From contig CACEJV010000001.1 in the NCBI GenBank assembly GCA_902559905.1, positions 52,495-116,494 on the forward strand: DNA of 64,000 bases. Direction: 5' to 3'. This DNA is from an uncultured Bacteroidota bacterium (GTDB taxonomy: Bacteria; Bacteroidota; Bacteroidia; Flavobacteriales; Flavobacteriaceae). Shown piece by piece: positions 1 through 8,688 of this stretch (positions within the stretch are counted from its first letter, which is position 1; each line of letters begins with the position of its first letter). Both the position numbers and the translations under genes were made by a program. Under the pieces are notes generated by a model, which saw nothing but the letters and a program-made list of their open reading frames with translations, ran no database searches and was not told the origin of the DNA.

Positions 1-727
1 ATTGAGAAATTTTAGCTGTTTGTTTTAATGTGTCATAGATCCCATCAATACTATCATCTTGCATGGTTAGTAAGAAACATGAAGACATTTGTGGCTTGGG
101 AGTACCTGCATTAAATAAAGTTGGAGTTGCATGAGTAAAATATTTTTTTGACATTAACTCGTAAGTATCAATTACAGCATCAATATCATCAAGATGAATA
201 CCTACTGAGACTCTCATCAACATATGCTGAGGTCTCTCAACTATATTTCCATTAATTTTTAAAAGATATGATCTTTCAAGAGTTTTAAATCCGAAGTAAT
301 CATATCCGAAATCTCTATTGTAAATGATTTTTGAATCAAGTAACTCTGCATTTTTCTTAATCACTTTATAGACTTCATCTGATAATAGCGGAGCCTTTTT
401 ACCAGTTATTGGATTAACGTATACATGAAGATCCTTCATAGTATCAGAAAAGGACTTTGTGGTATTTTTATGTAAGTTTGAGACAGAAATTCTAGCTGCA
501 AGAGATGCATAATCTGGATGGGTAGTTGTCATAGTAGCAGCAATTTCTGCTGCTAGGTTATCTAATTCTGAAGTTGTAACACCATCATAAAGACCCTCAA
601 TCACCCTCATTGCAACTCTAACAGGATCAACCAACTCATTAAAACCATAGCAAAGCTTCTTTATCCTTGCGGTTATTTTATCAAACATTATGGGCTCTTT
701 TCTTCCGTCCCTTTTAATTACATACAT
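1..727 (-). CDS. nrdA: Ribonucleoside-diphosphate reductase class Ia alpha subunit (5' part; runs off the window start)
   Basis: Not in ORF track. Hand translation [22 protein letters not shown] (ATP cone)...[24 protein letters not shown]; follows nrdB. Alternative ATG at 733. Confidence 0.95.
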   Translation of the reverse strand, partial: MYVIKRDGRKEPIMFDKITARIKKLCYGFNELVDPVRVAMRVIEGLYDGVTTSELDNLAAEIAATMTTTHPDYASLAARISVSNLHKNTTKSFSDTMKDLHVYVNPITGKKAPLLSDEVYKVIKKNAELLDSKIIYNRDFGYDYFGFKTLERSYLLKINGNIVERPQHMLMRVSVGIHLDDIDAVIDTYELMSKKYFTHATPTLFNAGTPKPQMSSCFLLTMQDDSIDGIYDTLKQTAKISQ

Positions 728-779
728 AGACATATCCCTACTATACCATTTTTAAAATTAAATTAATTAAACGATTATT

Positions 780-1757
780 TTAGAAGTCATCGTCAAGATC
801 AAAGTTTGACTCTTCTTTTTTATCATTATTTAGAACACCTGCTTTTTGATATTCTGAAACTCTTTTCTCAAAGAAATTAGTTTTACCTTGAAGGTTAATC
901 ATATCCATAAAGTCGAACGGATTAGAAACATTAAATTCTTTTTCACATCCAAATTGATCTAAAAGTCTATCGGTAACAAATTCTAAATATTGCGTCATTA
1001 GTTTTGCATTCATTCCAATTAAACTCACAGGAAGTGATTCTGTTATAAATTCTCTTTCTATATTAAGAGCATCTATTAAAATTTCTTTAATTCTTTCCTT
1101 TGGTACTTTATTAATAATATGATTATTATGAAGATGAACTGCAAAATCACAATGCACACCTTCATCTCTTGAAATTAACTCGTTAGAAAAAGTTAATCCT
1201 GGCATCAGTCCTCTCTTTTTTAACCAAAAAATTGAACAGAATGAGCCTGAGAAAAATATTCCTTCTACACCAGCAAACGCAATTAATCTTTCGGCAAAGG
1301 AATCAGACTCAATCCATTTAAGAGCCCAGTCAGCTTTCTTCTTAATTGCTGGGAAATTTTCTATAGCCTTAAATAAAGTGTCTTTTTCCTTATCATCTTT
1401 TACATAAGTATCAATAAGTAAAGAATATGTTTCCGAGTGAATATTTTCCATCATAATCTGAAAACCATAGAAAAATTTTGCCTCAGAATACTGAACTTCA
1501 TTTACAAAATTTTCTGCTAAGTTCTCATTAACAATTCCATCTGATGCAGCAAAAAAAGCAAGGATGTGTTTGATAAAATATCTCTCGTCGTCATTTAATT
1601 TTGAACTCCAATCATTTAGATCTTGATGAAGATCAATCTCTTCGGCTGTCCAAAAACTGGCTTCACATTTTTTATACCATTCCCATATGTCATGGTGCTC
1701 AATTGGAAAAATTACAAATCTATCTTTATTTTCTTGTAAAAGTGGTTCTTGCTGCAT
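780..1757 (-). CDS. nrdB: Ribonucleoside-diphosphate reductase beta subunit
   Basis: [25 protein letters not shown] di-iron motifs; KTNFFEKRV. Confidence 0.97.
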   Translation of the reverse strand: MQQEPLLQENKDRFVIFPIEHHDIWEWYKKCEASFWTAEEIDLHQDLNDWSSKLNDDERYFIKHILAFFAASDGIVNENLAENFVNEVQYSEAKFFYGFQIMMENIHSETYSLLIDTYVKDDKEKDTLFKAIENFPAIKKKADWALKWIESDSFAERLIAFAGVEGIFFSGSFCSIFWLKKRGLMPGLTFSNELISRDEGVHCDFAVHLHNNHIINKVPKERIKEILIDALNIEREFITESLPVSLIGMNAKLMTQYLEFVTDRLLDQFGCEKEFNVSNPFDFMDMINLQGKTNFFEKRVSEYQKAGVLNNDKKEESNFDLDDDF

Positions 1758-2026
1758 AATTAAAATTTTTTTGGTTTCTGAAAAATTCCTGACATCAAAT
1801 ATTTAAAATATAAATGAAAATTGAAAGTAGATTTTCTTAACATTAACATAAAGTTTTTAACAATGAAAAAAAATGTTTACATATAATTTTTTTTACTAAA
1901 AAAATAAAAAATTCTTATTCAATAATTTCTTAAGTTTTATAAAATATCTCCCCTATTTTCTAGCTTTAAAATGAAAGAAAAAAATATCTTCGAGAAAATT
2001 TTTTACCTTATGTTTGCAATCTGAAA

Positions 2027-2221
2027 ATGAAAAATCTAGAAAAAATTTTATTGTTTTTAACAATTTTGTTAGTAGTATTTAATTTAACACAGTTAAATAT
2101 CTATAATTTATTAGATGATGAAAACAAGATTGCGCTTATTTGTTTTATACTTTCTTTATGTGCATTGCTATTAATTTTGATATTAATGATTTCCAAAAGA
2201 ATCAGAGACAAAAATAAATAG
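2027..2221 (+). CDS. Small two-TM hypothetical protein
   Basis: Two hydrophobic stretches; TATGTTTG promoter-like motif at 2009-2016. Confidence 0.65.
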   Translation: MKNLEKILLFLTILLVVFNLTQLNIYNLLDDENKIALICFILSLCALLLILILMISKRIRDKNK

Positions 2222-2641
2222 CTAGATCTCAATAAAATCAACCTCAACTCCCGACTTAGCGAGGAAATCAATTCCAGATTGATCTTTATATTTTTTGGAA
2301 TAAACAACCCTTTTTATTCCCGATTGAAAGATTAATTTACTGCATTCTCTACATGGAGATAATGTAATATAAAGAGTTGCTCCTTCTGTTGATTGAGTAG
2401 AACCAGACACTTTTGCTATAGCATTAGCTTCAGCATGAAGCACATACCATTTAGTATATCCCTCATCATCCTCACAAATATTTTCAAATCCGGAAGGAGT
2501 ACCATTATACCCATCTGAAATAATCATTTTATCTTTTACGATTAGTGCTCCAACTTGTCTTCGTTTACAATATGAAAGTTTAGACCATTCTTCAGCCATT
2601 TTTAAATATGCGAGATCATATTTTAATTGTTTATTTTTCAA
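2222..2641 (-). CDS. dCMP deaminase family protein
   Basis: GYNG, HAEANA, SPCRECS zinc deaminase motifs. Confidence 0.92.
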   Translation of the reverse strand: MKNKQLKYDLAYLKMAEEWSKLSYCKRRQVGALIVKDKMIISDGYNGTPSGFENICEDDEGYTKWYVLHAEANAIAKVSGSTQSTEGATLYITLSPCRECSKLIFQSGIKRVVYSKKYKDQSGIDFLAKSGVEVDFIEI

Positions 2642-2718
2642 GTAGTGTAATTGAATCCTAAATATAAGTTAATCTAAAATTATTAATTGGTAATCTTTAT
2701 ATATTTGTAAAAAAAAAT

Positions 2719-3129
2719 ATGTACCCAGAAGAAATCGTAAAACCATTTAAACTTGAATTAACAAACTCAGGTTTTTCAGAATTAACATCATCAGAAGATG
2801 TCAAAAATGCTCTATCTCAATCCGGAACTACTTTAATTGTAGTCAACTCAGTTTGTGGATGCGCTGCAAGAAATGCTAGACCTGGAGTAATTATGTCCTT
2901 ATCAAATCAGTCTACTCCTGATAATCTTTGTACAGTTTTTGCTGGATTTGATATTGAAGCAACTGATGCTGCAAGAGAAGAAATGTTACCATTTCCACCT
3001 TCATCTCCATCTATAGCTCTTTTTAAAGATGGTGAATTAGTACACATGGTCGAAAGACATCATATTGAAGGTAGAGATGCTAATATGATTTCACAAAATT
3101 TAGTTCAAGCTTATAACGAATTCTGCTAA
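2719..3129 (+). CDS. BrxA/BrxB family bacilliredoxin
   Basis: VNSVCGCAA (CGC), PPSSPSIALFKDG, ERHHIEG. Confidence 0.92.
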   Translation: MYPEEIVKPFKLELTNSGFSELTSSEDVKNALSQSGTTLIVVNSVCGCAARNARPGVIMSLSNQSTPDNLCTVFAGFDIEATDAAREEMLPFPPSSPSIALFKDGELVHMVERHHIEGRDANMISQNLVQAYNEFC

Positions 3130-4575
3130 CTACTTTGGAAGAGTAATAGTAAAGTCTGTTCCCTTATTATTTTTTGATTTATAGGAAATTTTTCCTCTGT
3201 GAGAACTTATAATATTTCTTACAATACCAAGACCAAGACCCATACCATCAGATTTTGTTGTAAACTTTGGCTCAAATATCTTTTCACGATTGCTTTTTGA
3301 AACTCCAAGTCCATTGTCAGATACTAAAACTTTTACGTTATTTGAGTTTTCAGATATTTTAACTAAAATATCAGGCTCTCTATCATGAGGTATGGCTTGT
3401 ATACTATTTTTGATCAAGTTTGTCATTACTCTTATCCACTGAGCTTTATCTAACTTTATAAAAATACTATCACTTGAAGTCTCAAAAGTTATATTGTTTT
3501 GCTCAAATATTTCAACAGCTTTTTTAGTAGCATCAACTACATCTGTTTTTTCTAGCTGAGTTTTTGGAAGAGTAGCAAAATCTGAAAATGATGTTGCAAC
3601 ATTACTCATTGTGTCAATCTGTTCAATTAATGTATCACAAAAATCATTGATTTTATTATTTTCATCATTAGACACTATTCCACTATTTTTTTGAAAGCTT
3701 TGCACAGTTAGCCTCATAGGTGTTAATGGGTTTTTAATTTCATGAGCTACCTGTTTGGCCATTTCTTGCCAAGCCTGTTCTCTTTCTGTTTTAGCTAATC
3801 TCTGGGCACTATCCTCTAAGTCATCAATCATTTTATTGTAGGAATTAACAAGGCTATCAATTTCTTTAGTTGGATTTTTTAGATATATTTTTTCATTCTT
3901 TTTTAATAACCCAGTTTGACCAATTTTTAATCTTATTGTCTCTATTGATCGTGTTACAAACCTTGATATAAAATATGCTAGAACAATTGCAACAACTAAC
4001 ATTATAAAATAAATTTGATATAGGGTCGATAGAAAAACATTTAACTCGCTTTCTGCGAATGATACATCTTGAAAATATGGAAAAAATAAAATTGCATATT
4101 TTGTTCCTTTGTCATCTTTTAAAACACTGTAAGAAGCCTGAAACTTTCCAACATCAGTAGAGTTCTCAGAAGTAAATTTTCCTTCTTCATTAGAAACTAA
4201 CATTCTTGAAAAATCGCTATCTAAAGAATAATTGTTAGATATCACATCTAGGGGAAGATAAGAGTAGAAAAGAGGGGTTCCATCAATTTTAAATATTGAA
4301 TATTCAACACTATGAATTCGTGTTATTTCCTCAAAATCAGATTGATAATCTTCCCAAAGATCATAATTTTCTGAAAGATTGTATTTATTAACTATATAGT
4401 TTACCTGCCTTTTTAATTGACTTTCCTTTCTTTCTTGTCTGTAAGAGTTATACTGGTCAGACTCTGTCCTATACTGATAGTATGTCGATCCAAGAACAAG
4501 CAAAGTTGCTGTAAATACTAACAGAATCATTGAGATAAATATTCTCAATCTCAATGACATTTTATTCTGGAACAT
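3130..4575 (-). CDS. Membrane sensor histidine kinase
   Basis: Two TMs, H-box AHEIKNPLTP, N box NLIKNS, G boxes DNGLG and GMGLGL. Confidence 0.93.
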   Translation of the reverse strand: MFQNKMSLRLRIFISMILLVFTATLLVLGSTYYQYRTESDQYNSYRQERKESQLKRQVNYIVNKYNLSENYDLWEDYQSDFEEITRIHSVEYSIFKIDGTPLFYSYLPLDVISNNYSLDSDFSRMLVSNEEGKFTSENSTDVGKFQASYSVLKDDKGTKYAILFFPYFQDVSFAESELNVFLSTLYQIYFIMLVVAIVLAYFISRFVTRSIETIRLKIGQTGLLKKNEKIYLKNPTKEIDSLVNSYNKMIDDLEDSAQRLAKTEREQAWQEMAKQVAHEIKNPLTPMRLTVQSFQKNSGIVSNDENNKINDFCDTLIEQIDTMSNVATSFSDFATLPKTQLEKTDVVDATKKAVEIFEQNNITFETSSDSIFIKLDKAQWIRVMTNLIKNSIQAIPHDREPDILVKISENSNNVKVLVSDNGLGVSKSNREKIFEPKFTTKSDGMGLGLGIVRNIISSHRGKISYKSKNNKGTDFTITLPK

Positions 4576-4696
4576 AACTTATCAATTATTTACAGAGTAA
4601 ATATATTAAAAGTTTTGCCACAAGGTAAGTGTCTAACTGTAAATAGATAGACAAGTGACAAAATTAAAAATCGTAAAATTAGATGCTTATGAAAGA

Positions 4697-4819
4697 TTAA
4701 TCAATAACAGTGTGATCACCACATGTATTATTAACTTCAACCTTTACATTATGTTTTGCACAGACTAATGACTCTGTCATGTTTGTACAATTTACGCATG
4801 TATTAACTGTTTGAATCAT
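4697..4819 (-). CDS. Small Cys-rich peptide, 40 aa (not in ORF track)
   Basis: MIQTVNTCVNCTNMTESLVCAKHNVKVEVNNTCGDHTVID*; CxxC-x8-CxxH-x9-CxxH; A/T-rich leader, promoter-like TTTATTTG at 4846-4853 (minus) and Fur-like boxes upstream. Confidence 0.7.
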   Translation of the reverse strand: MIQTVNTCVNCTNMTESLVCAKHNVKVEVNNTCGDHTVID

Positions 4820-4853
4820 TTTTATAATTTACCATAAAATTAATGCAAATAAA

Positions 4854-4872
4854 CCTTAGAATGATTATAAAT
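4854..4872. promoter_or_regulatory. Fur-like box (degenerate)
   Basis: CCTTAGAATGATTATAAAT, similar to the other four boxes; abuts the -7 promoter element of the Cys-rich ORF. Confidence 0.6.
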
Positions 4873-4887
4873 TACTCATTTACAGTA

Positions 4888-4906
4888 ATTTATAATGATT
4901 ATAAAT
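4888..4906. promoter_or_regulatory. Fur-like box (perfect 9-1-9 palindrome)
   Basis: ATTTATAAT-G-ATTATAAAT. Confidence 0.7.
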
Positions 4907-4920
4907 AAGATATCAATATT

Positions 4921-5883
4921 CTATGTGAAGTAATTGCTACACTTTTTATCAAACTCTAATAAATCATTTTTATTAAAATCAATAAATAAGTCATTAGAAC
5001 TTGAAATGTTGTTGCTACTGAAGAAGTGAATTAAATCATCATTTAAAGTAGCCTCGATTTTGTACTCTTTACCAACAAAAGAAATTTTTTCAACCTTGAC
5101 TTTATATTTAGAATCTTTAACAATTTTTATTTTTTCGGGTCTAATGTAAAACTCCTTATCTTCAATTTGAATCTGATTAAGCTCTCCAAGCATTTTTGCG
5201 CAGTAACAATTTGCAGGGTTACAATACATCTCCTCAGGATTATCAAATTGTTGAACTATTCCAGCCTTAAAAACTAGTAGCTTATCCGAAATGTCAAAAG
5301 TATCTTTAATATCATGAGTTACAAGAATAGTTGTAGTGTTAGTTTTTTTTAAAATCTTGTAAATCTCATTCTGAATCTTAGATTTAATAGCAAAGTCTAG
5401 ATTACTAAATGGCTCATCCATTAGAAGAAGATCAGGCTCTCTAACAAGGGCTCTCGCTATTGAAACTCTTTGTTGCTCTCCTCCAGATAATTCATGAGGA
5501 AATCTTTTCAAAAGATTACTTAATCCCATTAAGTCTATATAGTAATCAATATTTGTATAATAAGATTCATTTAAATTAATTTTAATATTATCTAAAGTAT
5601 TTAAATGAGGGAATAATGGATAATCTTGAAAAATAAAACCAATTTTTCTAAGATGAGGTTTTATAAATATATCTTTATCATTTAAAATCTTATTGTTTAA
5701 AGTTATTACTCCAGAGTTTATTTTTTCAAGACCTGCTAAACATTTAAGAAATGTTGTTTTCCCTGAACCACTTTCTCCTATAAAAGAAACAAACTCGCCT
5801 TTTTCAACAGAGAAATCCAATTCTTTAATAATCGGATTATCCTTATTATAATATTTAACTAGTTTTTGAATGTTAAGATACAT
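4921..5883 (-). CDS. Fe(III) ABC transporter ATP-binding subunit (FbpC/FutC-like)
   Basis: Walker A GESGSGKT, LSGGEQQR, LLLMDEPF; operon with permease and binding protein. Confidence 0.88.
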   Translation of the reverse strand: MYLNIQKLVKYYNKDNPIIKELDFSVEKGEFVSFIGESGSGKTTFLKCLAGLEKINSGVITLNNKILNDKDIFIKPHLRKIGFIFQDYPLFPHLNTLDNIKINLNESYYTNIDYYIDLMGLSNLLKRFPHELSGGEQQRVSIARALVREPDLLLMDEPFSNLDFAIKSKIQNEIYKILKKTNTTTILVTHDIKDTFDISDKLLVFKAGIVQQFDNPEEMYCNPANCYCAKMLGELNQIQIEDKEFYIRPEKIKIVKDSKYKVKVEKISFVGKEYKIEATLNDDLIHFFSSNNISSSNDLFIDFNKNDLLEFDKKCSNYFT

Positions 5884-7453
5884 TAATACTCTTATTGATT
5901 ATTTTCCTCAAAAATATTAATAATACCGTACCAAATAAAATTATTACTAGAGAGTATATTGATGATTTTGCAATCATCTCTTCAATTGCATATTCATATG
6001 TTTTCACAGCTAGTGTATCAAAATTAAATGGCCTAAGTATAAGTGTAATTGGGAGCTCTTTTATTATGTCAACAAAACATAAAATAAATGCTATTAAGAT
6101 AGAGGTCTTATTAATTGGCAAATGAATCTTACTAAAAATTTTGTAGTTGGTCATACCTAGGTTTCTTCCTGTTTGATCAAATGATTCAGGATGTTTCTCA
6201 AAACTGGATTTTAGAGGTGATATACCAACTGCCATGTATCTCATTACATATGCATAGATTAGTACAATTAAAGAACCAAATACGATTGAAATTCCTGAGA
6301 AGTTTGAAAAAGCTGAGATAATTAGTATTAATGATAATGCAATTACTGCTCCTGGAATTGCATATGTTAAGGACACAATCTCACTTAAAAAAAATATAGT
6401 TTTACTTCTAGATATTTTTTTAAAAAATTGAAACAAAATTGCAATTATTACAATTATCAAAGATGAAATAAAAGCTAAAAAAAATGAATTAAATGAAAGA
6501 ATATATAACTCATTTAAATCGATTTTACTAAATGTATCAATAGCATTTTTTATTATATAAATTACAGGAATAAAGAATCCAAGTATAAAAGGAATTATAC
6601 ATGTAAAGTATATAAGACTCTTTGATGATTTATTTAAAGTGTAATTTCCTGAGACATCATCGTTTGACTTATAGTTATAGTTGTATTTAGAGTTTGAATA
6701 TCTTTCAAGAATAAAGAAAATTGAAACAATAATTAAAAGACATACGGCAAGAATTGATGCAGTATCAACATCTTCCATTGAATACCATGACCTAAAAATT
6801 CCACTTGTGAAGGTATTAACTCCAAAATATTTTACTGCGCCATATTCATTGAGAACTTCCATAATCACTAGAAAAAGACCTGAAAAAATTGATACTCTTG
6901 AAATTGGAATTATAATTTTAAAAAAAGTTTTTAGTTGAGACATTCCAAGATTTCTTGCAACCTTTATGTAGTTTGATCCAATAAGCGAAAATGAAATCCT
7001 ACAGGCTGTATATATATATGGGTAAAGTACAAGTGCCATTAGTATAGATAAAATTTCAATTTGTAGGTAGTCTTGATTAAAATAAGGGTAAATATCAGGA
7101 TAATAGTTTCTTAAAAAACTTTGCATTGGTCCAGTATAACTCAATAAATCACTATATGTAAATGCAATAATATATGATGGTATGGCAAGAGGAAGAAATA
7201 GAACAACGTCAAAAAAGTTCTTTCCTTTAAAATTTGAAGTTGAAATAAACCACGCTGGAATTATTCCTAGTATTAGAGAAAATATAGAGGTTAGAAAAAC
7301 TAAGTATAGTGTATTAAATGAATAGCTAACAAGAAGATTATTCCATAAATAGATAAAATTCTCAAGGTTTAAACCCAAAACACTATAGACTAAATATATC
7401 AATGGACATATAAGTACTAGTGATATTATTAATGTTAATGATTTAACATTCAT
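5873..7453 (-). CDS. Fe(III) ABC transporter permease (FbpB/FutB-like)
   Basis: Duplicated permease halves; LPLAIPSYI, LYPYIY, KELPITLILRPFNFDTLA. Confidence 0.9.
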   Translation of the reverse strand: MNVKSLTLIISLVLICPLIYLVYSVLGLNLENFIYLWNNLLVSYSFNTLYLVFLTSIFSLILGIIPAWFISTSNFKGKNFFDVVLFLPLAIPSYIIAFTYSDLLSYTGPMQSFLRNYYPDIYPYFNQDYLQIEILSILMALVLYPYIYTACRISFSLIGSNYIKVARNLGMSQLKTFFKIIIPISRVSIFSGLFLVIMEVLNEYGAVKYFGVNTFTSGIFRSWYSMEDVDTASILAVCLLIIVSIFFILERYSNSKYNYNYKSNDDVSGNYTLNKSSKSLIYFTCIIPFILGFFIPVIYIIKNAIDTFSKIDLNELYILSFNSFFLAFISSLIIVIIAILFQFFKKISRSKTIFFLSEIVSLTYAIPGAVIALSLILIISAFSNFSGISIVFGSLIVLIYAYVMRYMAVGISPLKSSFEKHPESFDQTGRNLGMTNYKIFSKIHLPINKTSILIAFILCFVDIIKELPITLILRPFNFDTLAVKTYEYAIEEMIAKSSIYSLVIILFGTVLLIFLRKIINKSINVS

Positions 7454-7472
7454 TATTTAAAGCTTTAGGTTA

Positions 7473-8492
7473 TTATTTCCAACCAGCAGCGTCAAATATA
7501 CGAACCGCATTTTTTCTCTCTTTACCTAACATGTTTAAATCAAGTGGGTCTTTTTTAAAACTTCCCCAATCTTTAACAATTTGATTAGGCTCAATATTTG
7601 ATTTTACAGAATATTCAAATGTATTATTAACATATGTTTTTTGAGCATCATCACTTGTAAGATATTTTATCAACTTAAGAGCATTTGACTTATTTGGAGA
7701 ATTCTTTGCTAACGCAATTCCTGATACATTTATATGAGATCCTCTATCACCTTCAGCTTGATTAGGAAAGAAAACTGATATTGCCTTTCCAGCATTAATC
7801 TCTTCTTCATTTTCTGAAGATAGAAGCAAGCCAATATAATATGAGTTAACAATTGCTATATCACCTTGGCCAGCAGCAATTGCTTTAACTTGGTCTCTAT
7901 CATTACCCTTTGGATCCCTGGCAAAATTTGATACGATAGCGTTAGCCCAAGATTTTGTCTGTTCTTCACCAAGATTAGCGACTAATGATGATAACAATGC
8001 TTGATTGTATGAATTAGATGAAGATCTAACTAAAATTCTTCCTTTCCATTTATTGTCTGCAAGATCTTCATATGTACTTAACTCATTTTCCTTAACTCTT
8101 TCGTTGCTATACACAATTATCCTAGATCTATATGTTACAGGAATCCAATATCCATTTTTATCTAAAAGGGTTTCCGTAATTCCTTCTGTTATTGAGTTGT
8201 CTTCATATTTTTGAAGTAAGCCCATATCTGTTGCTTGCCAGAGTTTACCTACATCAACTGTTATGAATAGATCAGCAGGGCTATTATCTCCCTCATTTTT
8301 AATCCTCTGTAATAGTTCATCAGCGTTAGCTTTAATTACATTAACTTTTATCCCTGTTTCTTTTTCAAAATTATCATATTGTAGTTGATCCACATCATAA
8401 TGCCTTTGACTATATATGTTAACAATCATTTCGTCCTGATTGTTAGAGCATCCAATAGTGATTAAAAATAAAAGTGATAATATTTTCTTCAT
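7473..8492 (-). CDS. Fe(III) ABC transporter substrate-binding lipoprotein (FbpA/FutA-like)
   Basis: YSQRHY, PADLFITVD, GNDRDQVKA, VNSYY Tyr iron ligands; lipobox ITIGC. ATG 8492 preferred over the track start at 8513. Confidence 0.9.
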   Translation of the reverse strand: MKKILSLLFLITIGCSNNQDEMIVNIYSQRHYDVDQLQYDNFEKETGIKVNVIKANADELLQRIKNEGDNSPADLFITVDVGKLWQATDMGLLQKYEDNSITEGITETLLDKNGYWIPVTYRSRIIVYSNERVKENELSTYEDLADNKWKGRILVRSSSNSYNQALLSSLVANLGEEQTKSWANAIVSNFARDPKGNDRDQVKAIAAGQGDIAIVNSYYIGLLLSSENEEEINAGKAISVFFPNQAEGDRGSHINVSGIALAKNSPNKSNALKLIKYLTSDDAQKTYVNNTFEYSVKSNIEPNQIVKDWGSFKKDPLDLNMLGKERKNAVRIFDAAGWK

Positions 8493-8531
8493 AATAATTA
8501 TTTGAGATAACAATATTAAAAAAATATTATT

Positions 8532-8550
8532 ATTTAGAACAATTCTAAAT
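8532..8550. promoter_or_regulatory. Fur-like box 1 between divergent iron-uptake genes
   Basis: ATTTAGAACAATTCTAAAT inverted repeat. Confidence 0.8.
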
Positions 8551-8576
8551 AAAATATTTATATTAGGGGAAAAATA

Positions 8577-8595
8577 ATTTAGAACGGTTCTAAAT
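8577..8595. promoter_or_regulatory. Fur-like box 2
   Basis: ATTTAGAAC-G-GTTCTAAAT perfect 9-1-9 palindrome. Confidence 0.8.
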
Positions 8596-8637
8596 AGTGA
8601 TAAATCTTAATTTAAAGATTTATTATTTCCGTAAACC

Positions 8638-8656
8638 ATCTAGGACCGTTCTAAAT
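8638..8656. promoter_or_regulatory. Fur-like box 3
   Basis: ATCTAGGACCGTTCTAAAT. Confidence 0.7.
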
Positions 8657-8688
8657 GTATTTAATTAGAATTAAACACACTGAAAATT

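Noticed and set aside
1..1757. Eukaryote-like RNR as viral or transferred DNA
   Set aside because: This class Ia type is normal in Flavobacteriaceae and its neighbours are housekeeping genes
4630..4653. Inverted repeat TGTCTA...TAGACA
   Set aside because: Short imperfect stem with no U-tail; cannot call a terminator or operator
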